Of a stretch of 64,000 bases of DNA, positions 19,642-29,157 are shown piece by piece (position 1 is the first letter of the stretch; each line of letters starts with the position of its first letter). The DNA is from a virus (lineage: Duplodnaviria > Heunggongvirae > Uroviricota > Caudoviricetes): IMG/VR virus record IMGVR_UViG_3300026382_000001; one strand, written 5' to 3'. Under the pieces are notes generated by a model. It did not search any database. It had not been told where the DNA came from and saw nothing but the letters and a program-made list of their open reading frames with translations. Both the position numbers and the translations under genes were made by a program.

Positions 19642-21009
19642 TTATATATCTCTAATATTAATTAAAAAGATTTGATCAATATTATCGTAATTTATAAATT
19701 TGCAAGAGGTTCCATCTTTAGTTATACTAATAGTACAAACAGCTTCCGAATTAATATAAGTATCATAAGTATCTGAATCTGTTACCTGATCCAATAATTT
19801 TACGTCGTAAATTGCCTTTAATCCATTTATACCAAGACTTAATAAATCTAAATTAAAGCTTGAACTAGCCGCAATAGACACTTCGTTATTATAAGATCTT
19901 TTATTTGGAGTTAGTTTATTTATAGAACCATTTTTATAATATGTGAATAATGTATCCATATCATTTAAAATAGTATTATCTGGAATATAATTAAATAAAG
20001 TTTCTGCTAATTTTAAATAAGTTCCATCTGTTTGTAGTTTATAAGCATCATTAGTATCTAAATTAAATAAATAATTCTCTAAAGCATTAATACCTTCTGG
20101 AATGAATACATTTTTAAACGTACTATTATTTTGAGACATACATGCAAAACCGTATGGTTGGGGACCTTTAAACATTTCTAAATCAGCAGCATCATCTAAA
20201 TCAAATTCAATTAATGAATTATCGACTATCGTATTACTGTCATTTTGAGTAGTCCAACACTTGACAATATTTCCAACTCTTTGTACTTTAATGGTTGCCC
20301 CATCTTTATAATTATTCCAAGTACCACCATCAGAAATAGTATCCGATTTATCTTCGATTATTCTTTCTCCGTATTTGGATCCTTGTAAATAATTATAAAC
20401 TACTCTCCAGTTAAAACTTTCATTATCTCTTAAAGCAGATAAAGTATATTCTCTTCCGGTATTTGGATCTTTATAAAATGCTATTACCACACCCATTCTA
20501 TCATCGTCAGCTACATCAGAAGTTAACTTAGAATATAAAGTATAATCCGTGTAATATCTTTCACTAATAAATCCAATAAAAGTCCTAGAATTAATAGTAC
20601 TTTTTATAATATCGTTTGCTTCATCGTATTCCCATTGATTTAATTCGTCCTTATTTGCAGGAAAATTCCCAGAAGAATTATGAGAAAATCTATACCAATT
20701 TTTGAATACCTCTAATTGGGATTGTCCACCTGCGGCCAATCTTTCGTCTATATCTATATTTGTCGCTAATCTGGTACGGATTAAAGAAGGATATATATTA
20801 TTATGATTATGTTCTATATTTGATACTTCTATTCCATCATTTGTAAGCTTACCATTTATTTCCAAATCAGTTTGTATTATTTGCTCTCCAGTCGTTAAAT
20901 CATTTCTAATGTACTTTACATCGGCTGCGGAAATATCTTGTTTAGTAATACGCAAATCTTTTATATCTGTTCCAACCATACGTCCAATAGTACTTAATGT
21001 ATCTGCCAT
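19642..21009 (-). CDS. tail fibre/receptor-binding protein with lectin-like domain
   Basis: WYRFSH..FIGF..DDDRMGVV..YTLSALR..GPQPYGF beta-sandwich pattern. Confidence 0.55.
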   Translation of the reverse strand: MADTLSTIGRMVGTDIKDLRITKQDISAADVKYIRNDLTTGEQIIQTDLEINGKLTNDGIEVSNIEHNHNNIYPSLIRTRLATNIDIDERLAAGGQSQLEVFKNWYRFSHNSSGNFPANKDELNQWEYDEANDIIKSTINSRTFIGFISERYYTDYTLYSKLTSDVADDDRMGVVIAFYKDPNTGREYTLSALRDNESFNWRVVYNYLQGSKYGERIIEDKSDTISDGGTWNNYKDGATIKVQRVGNIVKCWTTQNDSNTIVDNSLIEFDLDDAADLEMFKGPQPYGFACMSQNNSTFKNVFIPEGINALENYLFNLDTNDAYKLQTDGTYLKLAETLFNYIPDNTILNDMDTLFTYYKNGSINKLTPNKRSYNNEVSIAASSSFNLDLLSLGINGLKAIYDVKLLDQVTDSDTYDTYINSEAVCTISITKDGTSCKFINYDNIDQIFLINIRDI

Positions 21010-21011
21010 AA

Positions 21012-21272
21012 TTATTCCTTAATTTTATCTTCGTAAGAAGACTGATTTTGTATATTTTGCTGAGTTTCGTATTTTGGAGATGTTCTCATATTTTGATAAG
21101 TATGGTTGCCAGCATAACCAAGTAATGCACCAAGGGCCAAATTAAACTCCGGGCTCAATTTTCCAAAAATAGTTAAACCAACTACCGAAATGGCTAAACC
21201 AACTACCATACCTAATACTATATTATTAGTTTTTTGTCTATGTAAATCTTTTGGAGATAATTTTTCTTCCAT
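21012..21272 (-). CDS. small two-TM membrane protein (holin-like)
   Basis: Two hydrophobic helices and a charged C-tail; own late-type promoter. Confidence 0.45.
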   Translation of the reverse strand: MEEKLSPKDLHRQKTNNIVLGMVVGLAISVVGLTIFGKLSPEFNLALGALLGYAGNHTYQNMRTSPKYETQQNIQNQSSYEDKIKE

Positions 21273-21295
21273 ATTGAAATCCTTTAATTTTATAA

Positions 21296-21304
21296 TATTT
21301 AGTT
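21296..21304 (-). promoter_or_regulatory. late-type promoter AACTAAATA
   Basis: Upstream of 21012-21272. Confidence 0.6.
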
Positions 21305-21326
21305 CGAAAAGGATATTTAAACTTTA

Positions 21327-21582
21327 AATAACTATTCATAGTGTCAACTAACCTACTATAGCCAGTTATTTCAAAAAGACAAAAAATTTTAAAACCTAAA
21401 ATTTAAGAAATAGTTAAATTTTCAATCCTTTATAACACCGGAAAATAGGGGACTTGGTTTTTGATTTTAAGTTTATTTTAAAATCTGTTAGCTAGAGATT
21501 TTAAAAACAAACAACTATTAATAGTTAACTATTGATACCACGCACTATGAATAGTTAACTAAGTATCGTATGTTAGTTATTT
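21327..21582. repeat. palindromic intergenic repeat cluster D
   Basis: atagttaactattgataccacgcactatgaatagttaact; outer inverted repeat 21330-21344/21543-21557. Confidence 0.85.
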
Positions 21583-21596
21583 ACGTTTATTTTTAG

Positions 21597-21633
21597 GACA
21601 GGAAAATACTTCTGGGATATCCCAGAAGTATTT
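21597..21633 (-). terminator. intrinsic terminator with TTTCCTGTC tail
   Basis: 13-bp stem, after 21657-23819. Confidence 0.85.
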
Positions 21634-21656
21634 AAAAGTTTTAGAGAAACTAGAGA

Positions 21657-23819
21657 TTATACTCCAGCACCACCTTCACCAGCTACACCCATTCCAGCGC
21701 CATCTTGGTCACCTTCTTTGAACATATATTGAAGTTTACATGCATAACCATCAAACTCACCAGCTGTTACTGAATCAAGTGTGATTACATTACCAGCAAC
21801 TGAAGCAACATTTACAGCAATCGCATCACCATTGTTTGGATCGTAAACGATAACTTCACCATAGATAATACCGTCAGTCATTGGAACGTAAGTTACAGTA
21901 ACATCGTCACCAGAAACAGTTAGTGAACCATCCATACCTTCAAGTTTCATCATTGGAATCCATTTGTCAGCGTAAACTTGAGCTTCATATTGAGCATTAG
22001 CAATAGAACCAACAACTGTTTTATCAGAATTAACAACATCTAATGAAGTATTAATAGCATTTTCAGCAGCCACTGCTCTATCAGTTTCAGTTTGGATTGC
22101 AGCAGTTCTATCAAGAACTTCTTGAGCTAAGTTATCAGCAATAACAGTTTCAGCAGCAAGTGCACGAGCTTCTTCAGCATCAACATCAGCAATTCTATTA
22201 GTAGTTTCAGCAGCGATAGCATCAGCGTTAACTAACTCAGCAGCAAGTGCTCTATCAGTTTCAACTTTAATACTTGAAGCTACAGAACCAGCAACAGTTT
22301 CATCACCATTAAGAATAGTGATATTTGAAGCATTAGCGGTTTCAGCTGCGACAGCTCTATCAGTTTCAACTTGAAGTGCAGTTTCAGCAGCAGTTTTATT
22401 ACTTTCAATAGTACTATTTACAGAAGCTAATTCAGTTTCCATAGTGCTTTGAATAGCAGCATCAGCAGCAGCAAATTCATCTCTTACAGTGTTGTCAGCT
22501 GTTTTGTAATCTGTAACCGTTTGAGCAATCGCATCTGCGTTTACCTGTTCAGCAGCAGCTGCACGATCAGTTTCAGAAGTAATTAGACTTTCAACTCTTG
22601 AAATTTCAGAAGTTCTAGAAGTGATTTCAGCATCAATTGCAGCTTGTAAAGCAGCTTCAGCAGCTAAAGCACGACCTTTTTCAGAAGATACTAAACCACT
22701 AAGTTCAGTAAAGTCAGCTATCTTAAGGAATGATTTTGTTGTGAAGTCAGTCGGAGTATAATCTCCACCAGTACCTTCAAGTACAACATAAACATCTTTT
22801 TCAGCAGTTACATAATAAGCTTGACCAGCAATTAAATCATCTTCAACTAAACCATCAATTGAAGTTTGATCCTCTGTTGGATTAGAAATTACATCTACAG
22901 AACCTTTCCACGCAACACCACCAACAATTGAACCTTCGACAGCATTAAGACGATCAGAAAGAGCAGTATCTGCAGAACTACGAGTACTTGCTTCAGTAGC
23001 AATAGCATTTTCAGTAGTTGTTTTATAATCGTTAGCCATTGTAGTTAAATCATCAATACGAACATCAACGCGAGAAACTTCAGTAGTTCTAGCAGTTACT
23101 TCGTTATTGATAGCAGTTGTATTAGCAGCTTCAGCAGCAAGCGCTCGAGTAGTTTCAACAGCTACAGCATCATCAGTATATGTTTTAGTAGCTACTCCTT
23201 CAGTACGAATAGCAATTTCATTATTAAGAGCCTCTTCTATACGTTGTTCTTCAGCGATTGCGCGAGATGTTTCAATAGCTATTTTAGAATCTACAGAACC
23301 AACTACAGAACTATCCCCATTAAGAACAGTTACTTTATCAGCATTAACAGTTTCAGCAGCAAGTGCACGAGCAGCTTCTGCATCAATAGCAGCAGTTAAA
23401 GAAGTATTAAGTGCGTCAACAGCAGTTGCACGATCAGTAATCTCTTGACCAATTTTAGTATCAAGAATACCTTCAGCAGCAAGTGCGCGATCAGTTTCTA
23501 CTTGAATAGCAGTATTACGGTCTTCAACTTCTTGAGCAATAGCTGCCGCGTTATCTCCACTAGCAGTTCCCACAAGAGATTCAAGTTTACCAAGAGTATT
23601 ACCATTAGTACTTGCACCATCTACGATGTCTAAATTTTGTTGAACACGGTCAGCAATTTCTACATTTAAACTAGTTTGTAAACTTTTTACAGCTTCGGCA
23701 GATGCCGGTACCGCAGTACCACCAGTAGTTGTATCATTAATAATATCCCCATAAGATACACGATCTTTAAGAAGTGGTACCGTACGAGTTCCATATTGTC
23801 TTATTTTATTTATAGCCAT
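21657..23819 (-). CDS. long coiled-coil fibre protein
   Basis: Repeats of ETDRAxAAE; codon usage resembles the capsid gene, suggesting high abundance. Confidence 0.7.
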   Translation of the reverse strand: MAINKIRQYGTRTVPLLKDRVSYGDIINDTTTGGTAVPASAEAVKSLQTSLNVEIADRVQQNLDIVDGASTNGNTLGKLESLVGTASGDNAAAIAQEVEDRNTAIQVETDRALAAEGILDTKIGQEITDRATAVDALNTSLTAAIDAEAARALAAETVNADKVTVLNGDSSVVGSVDSKIAIETSRAIAEEQRIEEALNNEIAIRTEGVATKTYTDDAVAVETTRALAAEAANTTAINNEVTARTTEVSRVDVRIDDLTTMANDYKTTTENAIATEASTRSSADTALSDRLNAVEGSIVGGVAWKGSVDVISNPTEDQTSIDGLVEDDLIAGQAYYVTAEKDVYVVLEGTGGDYTPTDFTTKSFLKIADFTELSGLVSSEKGRALAAEAALQAAIDAEITSRTSEISRVESLITSETDRAAAAEQVNADAIAQTVTDYKTADNTVRDEFAAADAAIQSTMETELASVNSTIESNKTAAETALQVETDRAVAAETANASNITILNGDETVAGSVASSIKVETDRALAAELVNADAIAAETTNRIADVDAEEARALAAETVIADNLAQEVLDRTAAIQTETDRAVAAENAINTSLDVVNSDKTVVGSIANAQYEAQVYADKWIPMMKLEGMDGSLTVSGDDVTVTYVPMTDGIIYGEVIVYDPNNGDAIAVNVASVAGNVITLDSVTAGEFDGYACKLQYMFKEGDQDGAGMGVAGEGGAGV

Positions 23820-23935
23820 AAGTTTTCCTTATTTTAAAAAATTTTTTTGGACTGTATTAAGGATAATTTCGCCCATTCATTATCCATATATATTAGTTAT
23901 TATGTTAAAGTAGTAACGTTATTCGTTATTTTTCT

Positions 23936-24346
23936 TTAACGTCTTCTACGGAACTGGTTTCTGTTAAAATCAGATTGGTTTGATTTTTTAGTCATATATA
24001 AATCGTTTTGTAATTCAAATTTTTCAAGATTACATGATTCTAATTGAGATTCTAAAATATCTATACGTTCTATAAGTTCCTCGATTACCCTATCATTAAG
24101 ATATCGGTTATTGTTATTGTTATTGTTATTGTTATTGTTATTGTTATTGTTATTTCGCTTGAATTGCATATTACTACAGTATGAATTAGTCCTTGTTTTA
24201 TCAAGGTCCCGTAATTTTTCAATTACACCTTCTGGAGCCGTTCTATTGGAACTTATACTAGATCTTTTTCTAGCATAAGTTAAATCTCCATTATCACCAC
24301 CATCTTCAAATTGTGAAATATTATAATATCTTCTTGGTAAACTCAT
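23936..24346 (-). CDS. hypothetical protein with 16-Asn tract
   Basis: (AATAAC)8 in frame; C-terminal coiled coil. Confidence 0.6.
   Translation of the reverse strand: MSLPRRYYNISQFEDGGDNGDLTYARKRSSISSNRTAPEGVIEKLRDLDKTRTNSYCSNMQFKRNNNNNNNNNNNNNNNNRYLNDRVIEELIERIDILESQLESCNLEKFELQNDLYMTKKSNQSDFNRNQFRRRR
24107..24154. repeat. (GTTATT)8 microsatellite
   Basis: Eight perfect hexamer copies. Confidence 0.95.
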
Positions 24347-24356
24347 AAGTCAATCC

Positions 24357-27300
24357 TTATTTAAGTCTTAAATAAGTACAATAAGCTGTACTATTATTTA
24401 AATTATTATCATTTAGGAATTCAATACGTTTATCCATTTGGTTAACTTTATCGTTAACTATTATCGTTTCGCTTCCAATATCAATATTTAAATCTATAAT
24501 ATCACCAACTGGAGCATTACCTAACGTTATAAAGTTAATAGATTTATCAGAGTCCCAATGAACTACACATTTATCTTTTTCAATTGTAAATGATAAAGTA
24601 CTAGTACTAGCAATTCCGTTTGGATCATTAACAGCTGTAAGATACGCCGCTTTAAAATCTTCCGCGGTTTCACCATTAAGTTTATAAGTATCTTGAGCTT
24701 TAGCGTTTATACCTAAAAATCTCTCATCTGATTCAGTTTTAGTATATCTATCTTTTTCCGCTTGTATCGCTCTTTGAACTTCTTCATTTAATAAATTAAC
24801 GGTAGTATTTATTTTAGTATCCAAATCACCTTCTGCAGATCTTGCTGTAAGAGATTCAGTCGCAATTTTAGAATCTAGTACTTCCTCTTCAGTGGTACTT
24901 CTTTGAATTTCCGTATCTAAATCATTTCTGAGTGAATCTAAATTTCGTGTAGTATTTGTAACGAAAGCTCCAAAAGCTTTGTCATTTACTATATCAACAT
25001 TATTAATTAAATCAACTATTTCTTTAAAAGAATCTGCGTCGGCTGTACTAAGATTTAATATATCACTAATACGTTTTCTTTCGACTTCTAATGAATTTTC
25101 TAATGAATTTTCTTTAAATGTAGCTCGGGATACTTCATTATTTATAGCATCCATTAAAGCATTATCCTTTTGGATACTTCTTAAAGTTTCATTATTTAAT
25201 CTTAGATTGATATCATCATGTTCTGCTTGATTACTAGAAATTAAATTATTTAATGCTTCTAATATTTCATTTTCTTTTATACTAGCTCTAGTAATTTCAT
25301 TATTTAGATTAGTATTTGAATCAGCTTCTATTTCATCTTCTCTAAGAATTGCTCTCGAAGTTTCATTTTCTAAATTAATATTAGTATTATCTATTCTTTC
25401 ACCGAGATTGGTTTCATTAATTCTTGCTGATTGTTCTTCCGCTTTTATACGAGCATTTAAATCATCAGATAATTGATTTTCTGCCGTTTTAGCTCTTGAA
25501 GTTTCGTCATTGATAGCTAATAATGTTTTAGCTTCTAATACAGAAATACTAGTATTAATGTTATTAACACTGTCTGTAAATTTAGTATCTAAAGTAGTTT
25601 CAGCTGATTTTGCTCTTGAAGTTTCGTTATTTATTTTTAAAAGTAAATCTTGTTCAACCGAAACTGCTCGTTGAATTTCATTATTTATCTTAGCATCTAA
25701 TAAAATATCTCTATCATTAGAACCTTGGTTATTATTATCAATCTGTTCTTGAAGATCTGCTTCAACTTGTTTAGCTCTAACTATTTCATTATATGTTACT
25801 TCTAAATTCGATTCTTCTTTATCGGTTGCTCTTTGAATTTCATCATCTATTTTAGTATTAAGATTATCCAAATTGGTATTAGTTTCCGATGCAAAGTTAG
25901 CAAAAGCTTGATCATTATCAGTATCAATACTATTAATTAAATCAACAATTTCTTTAAAAGAATCTAAATCAGATGAACTAAGTTTAAGTATATCATCTAT
26001 TCTAGCACGTTGTGTATCAACTCTAGCATTCAAATAATTTAATATACGTTTTTCTTCTTTATCCGCTCTAAGAATTTCTTCTGTAAGATTTTGAGCATTT
26101 ATTTTTTCAGATTCTAAAGCTCTAGCAGTTTCATCTTCTAATAATTCGATAATATCTTTTTCGGCTTTTAAAGCTCTAGTATTTTCAGCAATAATTTTAT
26201 TATTTAATCCACTTTCCGCGGTACTTGCTCTAAGTGTTTCTGTACTAATTTTTCCATCTAGAATCTTAATTTTATTAACGGTTTTAGTATTATTTGTATC
26301 TATTTGATCTTGGAGATCTTGCTCAGAATCAGTCGCTCTTTGAATTTCATCATTTAACTTATCAGTTAAAGTATTTTCAGCATCTTGAGCTCTAAAAATT
26401 TCATCGTTTAAGTTATTACTTGTATTTAATTCGGCTGCTTTAGCTCTATCAGATTCTAAACCAATTTTAGCATTAAGATTACTTTCTATTAAATCTTCAT
26501 TTGTAATAGCTCTATTGGTTTCTTCTGTTAAAGAATTAATTATTTCATTTTCCGAAACAACTGCTCTATCAATTTCATTATTTAAACTATCAGTAATATT
26601 TTTAGAAAATGTAGCTAATGCTTCGTCATTTTCTGTATCAATACTATTAATTAAATTAACGATTTCTTTAAAAGAATCTAAATCTGTCGTACTTAATTCC
26701 ATAATATCATTAATGCGTTCTTCTTGAGTTTTTAAATCTTCGTTACTAGCAAAATAAGTACTATCTTTACCATCCAATAAATCTGCATTTACCGCTGTAG
26801 CATTAATTCCTAAAAATCTATTATCCGAAATATTTTTATTATAATAACTTTTTTCATGTAAGTGGCTATCATCTAGTATTTGAACTTCTATATTTTTATC
26901 AGTACTTCCATCTAATGAAATTTCACCTTGAGCATCTCCACTAAGACTTAACTTAATTTCTTTAGCGAGACTAGTAGACGTTCTAGCATTTCCAGTTGTA
27001 TTAGCGTTAATTAAATCTGGTAATCTATCTTTATTAAGAGTACCTTGTTTAATTTTAGAAGCGTCTATGTTTGATAAATTAAAACCATCCCCATAAAGAG
27101 CTTCCGCGGTAACGTTTCTAGTAACCATTAAATTATTATAAACATAAGCATTTTTATTTTTATCAGTTTTAAATGACCAAGTTCCATCAGCATTAACGAA
27201 ACCAATTTCATCTTCTAGGGTCCATCTAACATATTCTCTAGTTACCCAAGATTCATCTGCTGTTTCAACTGATCCAAGAACTCCACCATCTTTTAAAGAT

Positions 27301-27482
27301 CTTAAAAAACGGTCTTCTCTATTTTTAGGATAAAGTACTGATCCAGTATCATCTTTCTTGCTTTCCCAATAAAGACCAGCATAGCCTTTTTGAGAATTCT
27401 GTAACCAACCATAAAAATAATTATTTTCATCTATGTAAAAATCATTATTTGGTAAATTTAGTTCTGTGCTTAATTCAGCCAT
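24357..27482 (-). CDS. long tail fibre protein
   Basis: ExxRAxxxE repeats, NADLLDGKDSTYFA fibre motif and three DSFKEIVxLIN modules. Confidence 0.75.
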   Translation of the reverse strand: MAELSTELNLPNNDFYIDENNYFYGWLQNSQKGYAGLYWESKKDDTGSVLYPKNREDRFLRSLKDGGVLGSVETADESWVTREYVRWTLEDEIGFVNADGTWSFKTDKNKNAYVYNNLMVTRNVTAEALYGDGFNLSNIDASKIKQGTLNKDRLPDLINANTTGNARTSTSLAKEIKLSLSGDAQGEISLDGSTDKNIEVQILDDSHLHEKSYYNKNISDNRFLGINATAVNADLLDGKDSTYFASNEDLKTQEERINDIMELSTTDLDSFKEIVNLINSIDTENDEALATFSKNITDSLNNEIDRAVVSENEIINSLTEETNRAITNEDLIESNLNAKIGLESDRAKAAELNTSNNLNDEIFRAQDAENTLTDKLNDEIQRATDSEQDLQDQIDTNNTKTVNKIKILDGKISTETLRASTAESGLNNKIIAENTRALKAEKDIIELLEDETARALESEKINAQNLTEEILRADKEEKRILNYLNARVDTQRARIDDILKLSSSDLDSFKEIVDLINSIDTDNDQAFANFASETNTNLDNLNTKIDDEIQRATDKEESNLEVTYNEIVRAKQVEADLQEQIDNNNQGSNDRDILLDAKINNEIQRAVSVEQDLLLKINNETSRAKSAETTLDTKFTDSVNNINTSISVLEAKTLLAINDETSRAKTAENQLSDDLNARIKAEEQSARINETNLGERIDNTNINLENETSRAILREDEIEADSNTNLNNEITRASIKENEILEALNNLISSNQAEHDDINLRLNNETLRSIQKDNALMDAINNEVSRATFKENSLENSLEVERKRISDILNLSTADADSFKEIVDLINNVDIVNDKAFGAFVTNTTRNLDSLRNDLDTEIQRSTTEEEVLDSKIATESLTARSAEGDLDTKINTTVNLLNEEVQRAIQAEKDRYTKTESDERFLGINAKAQDTYKLNGETAEDFKAAYLTAVNDPNGIASTSTLSFTIEKDKCVVHWDSDKSINFITLGNAPVGDIIDLNIDIGSETIIVNDKVNQMDKRIEFLNDNNLNNSTAYCTYLRLK

Positions 27483-27494
27483 ATTTAATCCTTA

Positions 27495-28577
27495 TTATAA
27501 TTCAGCTTCATAAGCTGTTTTGAAATCCTCGAAATTTATAGAATTTGCTAATGATTTTCCAAAAAATGAAACAGTTTCATTTATCATATCAAATTCCATT
27601 ATTTTTCCATTATATTTCCAATCATTATGTTCCTTGTCTAACCATTGGTAACTTTTTAATGTAAGAAAGTCGTTTTCATCCGATGAAAATTCATAAAATG
27701 TACCATCGTCCTTTAAATCATTTATATCAATATAAGTTGGTATAATTGATTTAAAATAAGTTGTTATGTTATAAAAATTTTTCTCTGATGTTCCAGCATT
27801 TTCATTTAAAACGAAATTATCTATATCGTGTCCTGCTAATGTTCCAGCATCATATGAAGTATCTCCAGGAATCCCTGGATCACCTTTATCACCTTTATCG
27901 CCTTTATCGCCTTTTGGTCCCACCGGACCCTCTATACCTTGAAGACCTTCTGGGCCTTGTGGACCTTCATCACCAACATCTCCTTTAATACCTTGAGGAC
28001 CTTGAGCACCTTCTGGGCCAGTAGGTCCTTGAGGACCTTGATCACCATCTTGACCAGGCAAACCTTGATCACCTTTTGGACCAATAGGACCTTGAGCACC
28101 ATCTTGACCATCTTGACCATCTTTACCTGCTGGACCAATAGGACCTTGAGGACCAGTTGGGCCCTGATCTCCTTTAGGACCATCGCTTCCACGTGGTCCT
28201 AAATTTCCCTGATCTCCTTTTGGACCAATAGGACCTTTTGGACCAATAGAACCTTGAGGACCAACTGGTCCCATATCACCCCGATCACCCTTTGGTCCAG
28301 TTAATCCAGTTTGACCTGGTTGACCTTGTGGACCGGTATCTCCTTTATCCCCTTTATCCCCTTTCGGTCCAATAAATTTGGAAAGATCGTCAAAAATAGC
28401 TATTAATTTAGCTAATGATGGATAAGTATTTTTAGTTGTACTAGTATCTTCATTTATAAAAACTATATCAACATCCGAAGTTTTATCGTCTGTAGTAAAG
28501 CGTTTAAGAAATTCTAGAATATTCCAACCATTCGATAATAATATTCTTACATTATTATTTAATTCTTGTAAATTCAT
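27495..28577 (-). CDS. collagen-like (Gly-X-Y) fibre protein
   Basis: Long [12 protein letters not shown] triplet run. Confidence 0.85.
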   Translation of the reverse strand: MNLQELNNNVRILLSNGWNILEFLKRFTTDDKTSDVDIVFINEDTSTTKNTYPSLAKLIAIFDDLSKFIGPKGDKGDKGDTGPQGQPGQTGLTGPKGDRGDMGPVGPQGSIGPKGPIGPKGDQGNLGPRGSDGPKGDQGPTGPQGPIGPAGKDGQDGQDGAQGPIGPKGDQGLPGQDGDQGPQGPTGPEGAQGPQGIKGDVGDEGPQGPEGLQGIEGPVGPKGDKGDKGDKGDPGIPGDTSYDAGTLAGHDIDNFVLNENAGTSEKNFYNITTYFKSIIPTYIDINDLKDDGTFYEFSSDENDFLTLKSYQWLDKEHNDWKYNGKIMEFDMINETVSFFGKSLANSINFEDFKTAYEAEL

Positions 28578-28586
28578 ATTAATCCT

Positions 28587-29141
28587 TTATGTTAAAGAAA
28601 ATGTTTCCGATGTTATTTCTGGTGTATCGAGAACATCTGGCAAATATATTTTATTGAGTAAAGTTGTATTTTTTGTAATTTGATTACCTAGAGTTATTAA
28701 GGTATTCAAAGATAATATTCCTTCTTCTAATTTATCAGCTGTAATAAAACTAAAATCAATTTTATCAGTAGCGTTTGTTAATTTAAATTGTATAGAGATT
28801 ACTACTCTGGTATCACTAGGTATATCTTCATTTAATACTCCAAGTAAAAATGGAATATCCTTTGTAGAATCTGGATCATCGAAGTACAGGCAAATACTTC
28901 TAGTAATATTAGTATTTTCGATCGCTTCTATAATACATGTAAATTCGACAGTATCTTTATCAATTACTCTAAATAAATCAATATTTTTTTGATACCAAAA
29001 TGAGTAATCATTTATATTTACATTTGAAAGAGCCGGAATATCATCATAACTTACTCTAAAATATTTTGGAAATGTTATTATATCTGGCTCTAGTATTTCC
29101 GCTTTTCCATCATCTAAAATAATGGTTTGTAAATTTGCCAT
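28587..29141 (-). CDS. tail-collar/baseplate fibre-attachment protein
   Basis: Beta-rich 184 aa ORF between baseplate and fibre genes. Confidence 0.45.
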   Translation of the reverse strand: MANLQTIILDDGKAEILEPDIITFPKYFRVSYDDIPALSNVNINDYSFWYQKNIDLFRVIDKDTVEFTCIIEAIENTNITRSICLYFDDPDSTKDIPFLLGVLNEDIPSDTRVVISIQFKLTNATDKIDFSFITADKLEEGILSLNTLITLGNQITKNTTLLNKIYLPDVLDTPEITSETFSLT

Positions 29142-29157
29142 ACGCTATCCTTTTTAA

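Noticed and set aside
27761-28202. Three short ORFs overlapping the collagen gene
   Set aside because: Frame-shifted or antisense shadows of Gly-X-Y codons
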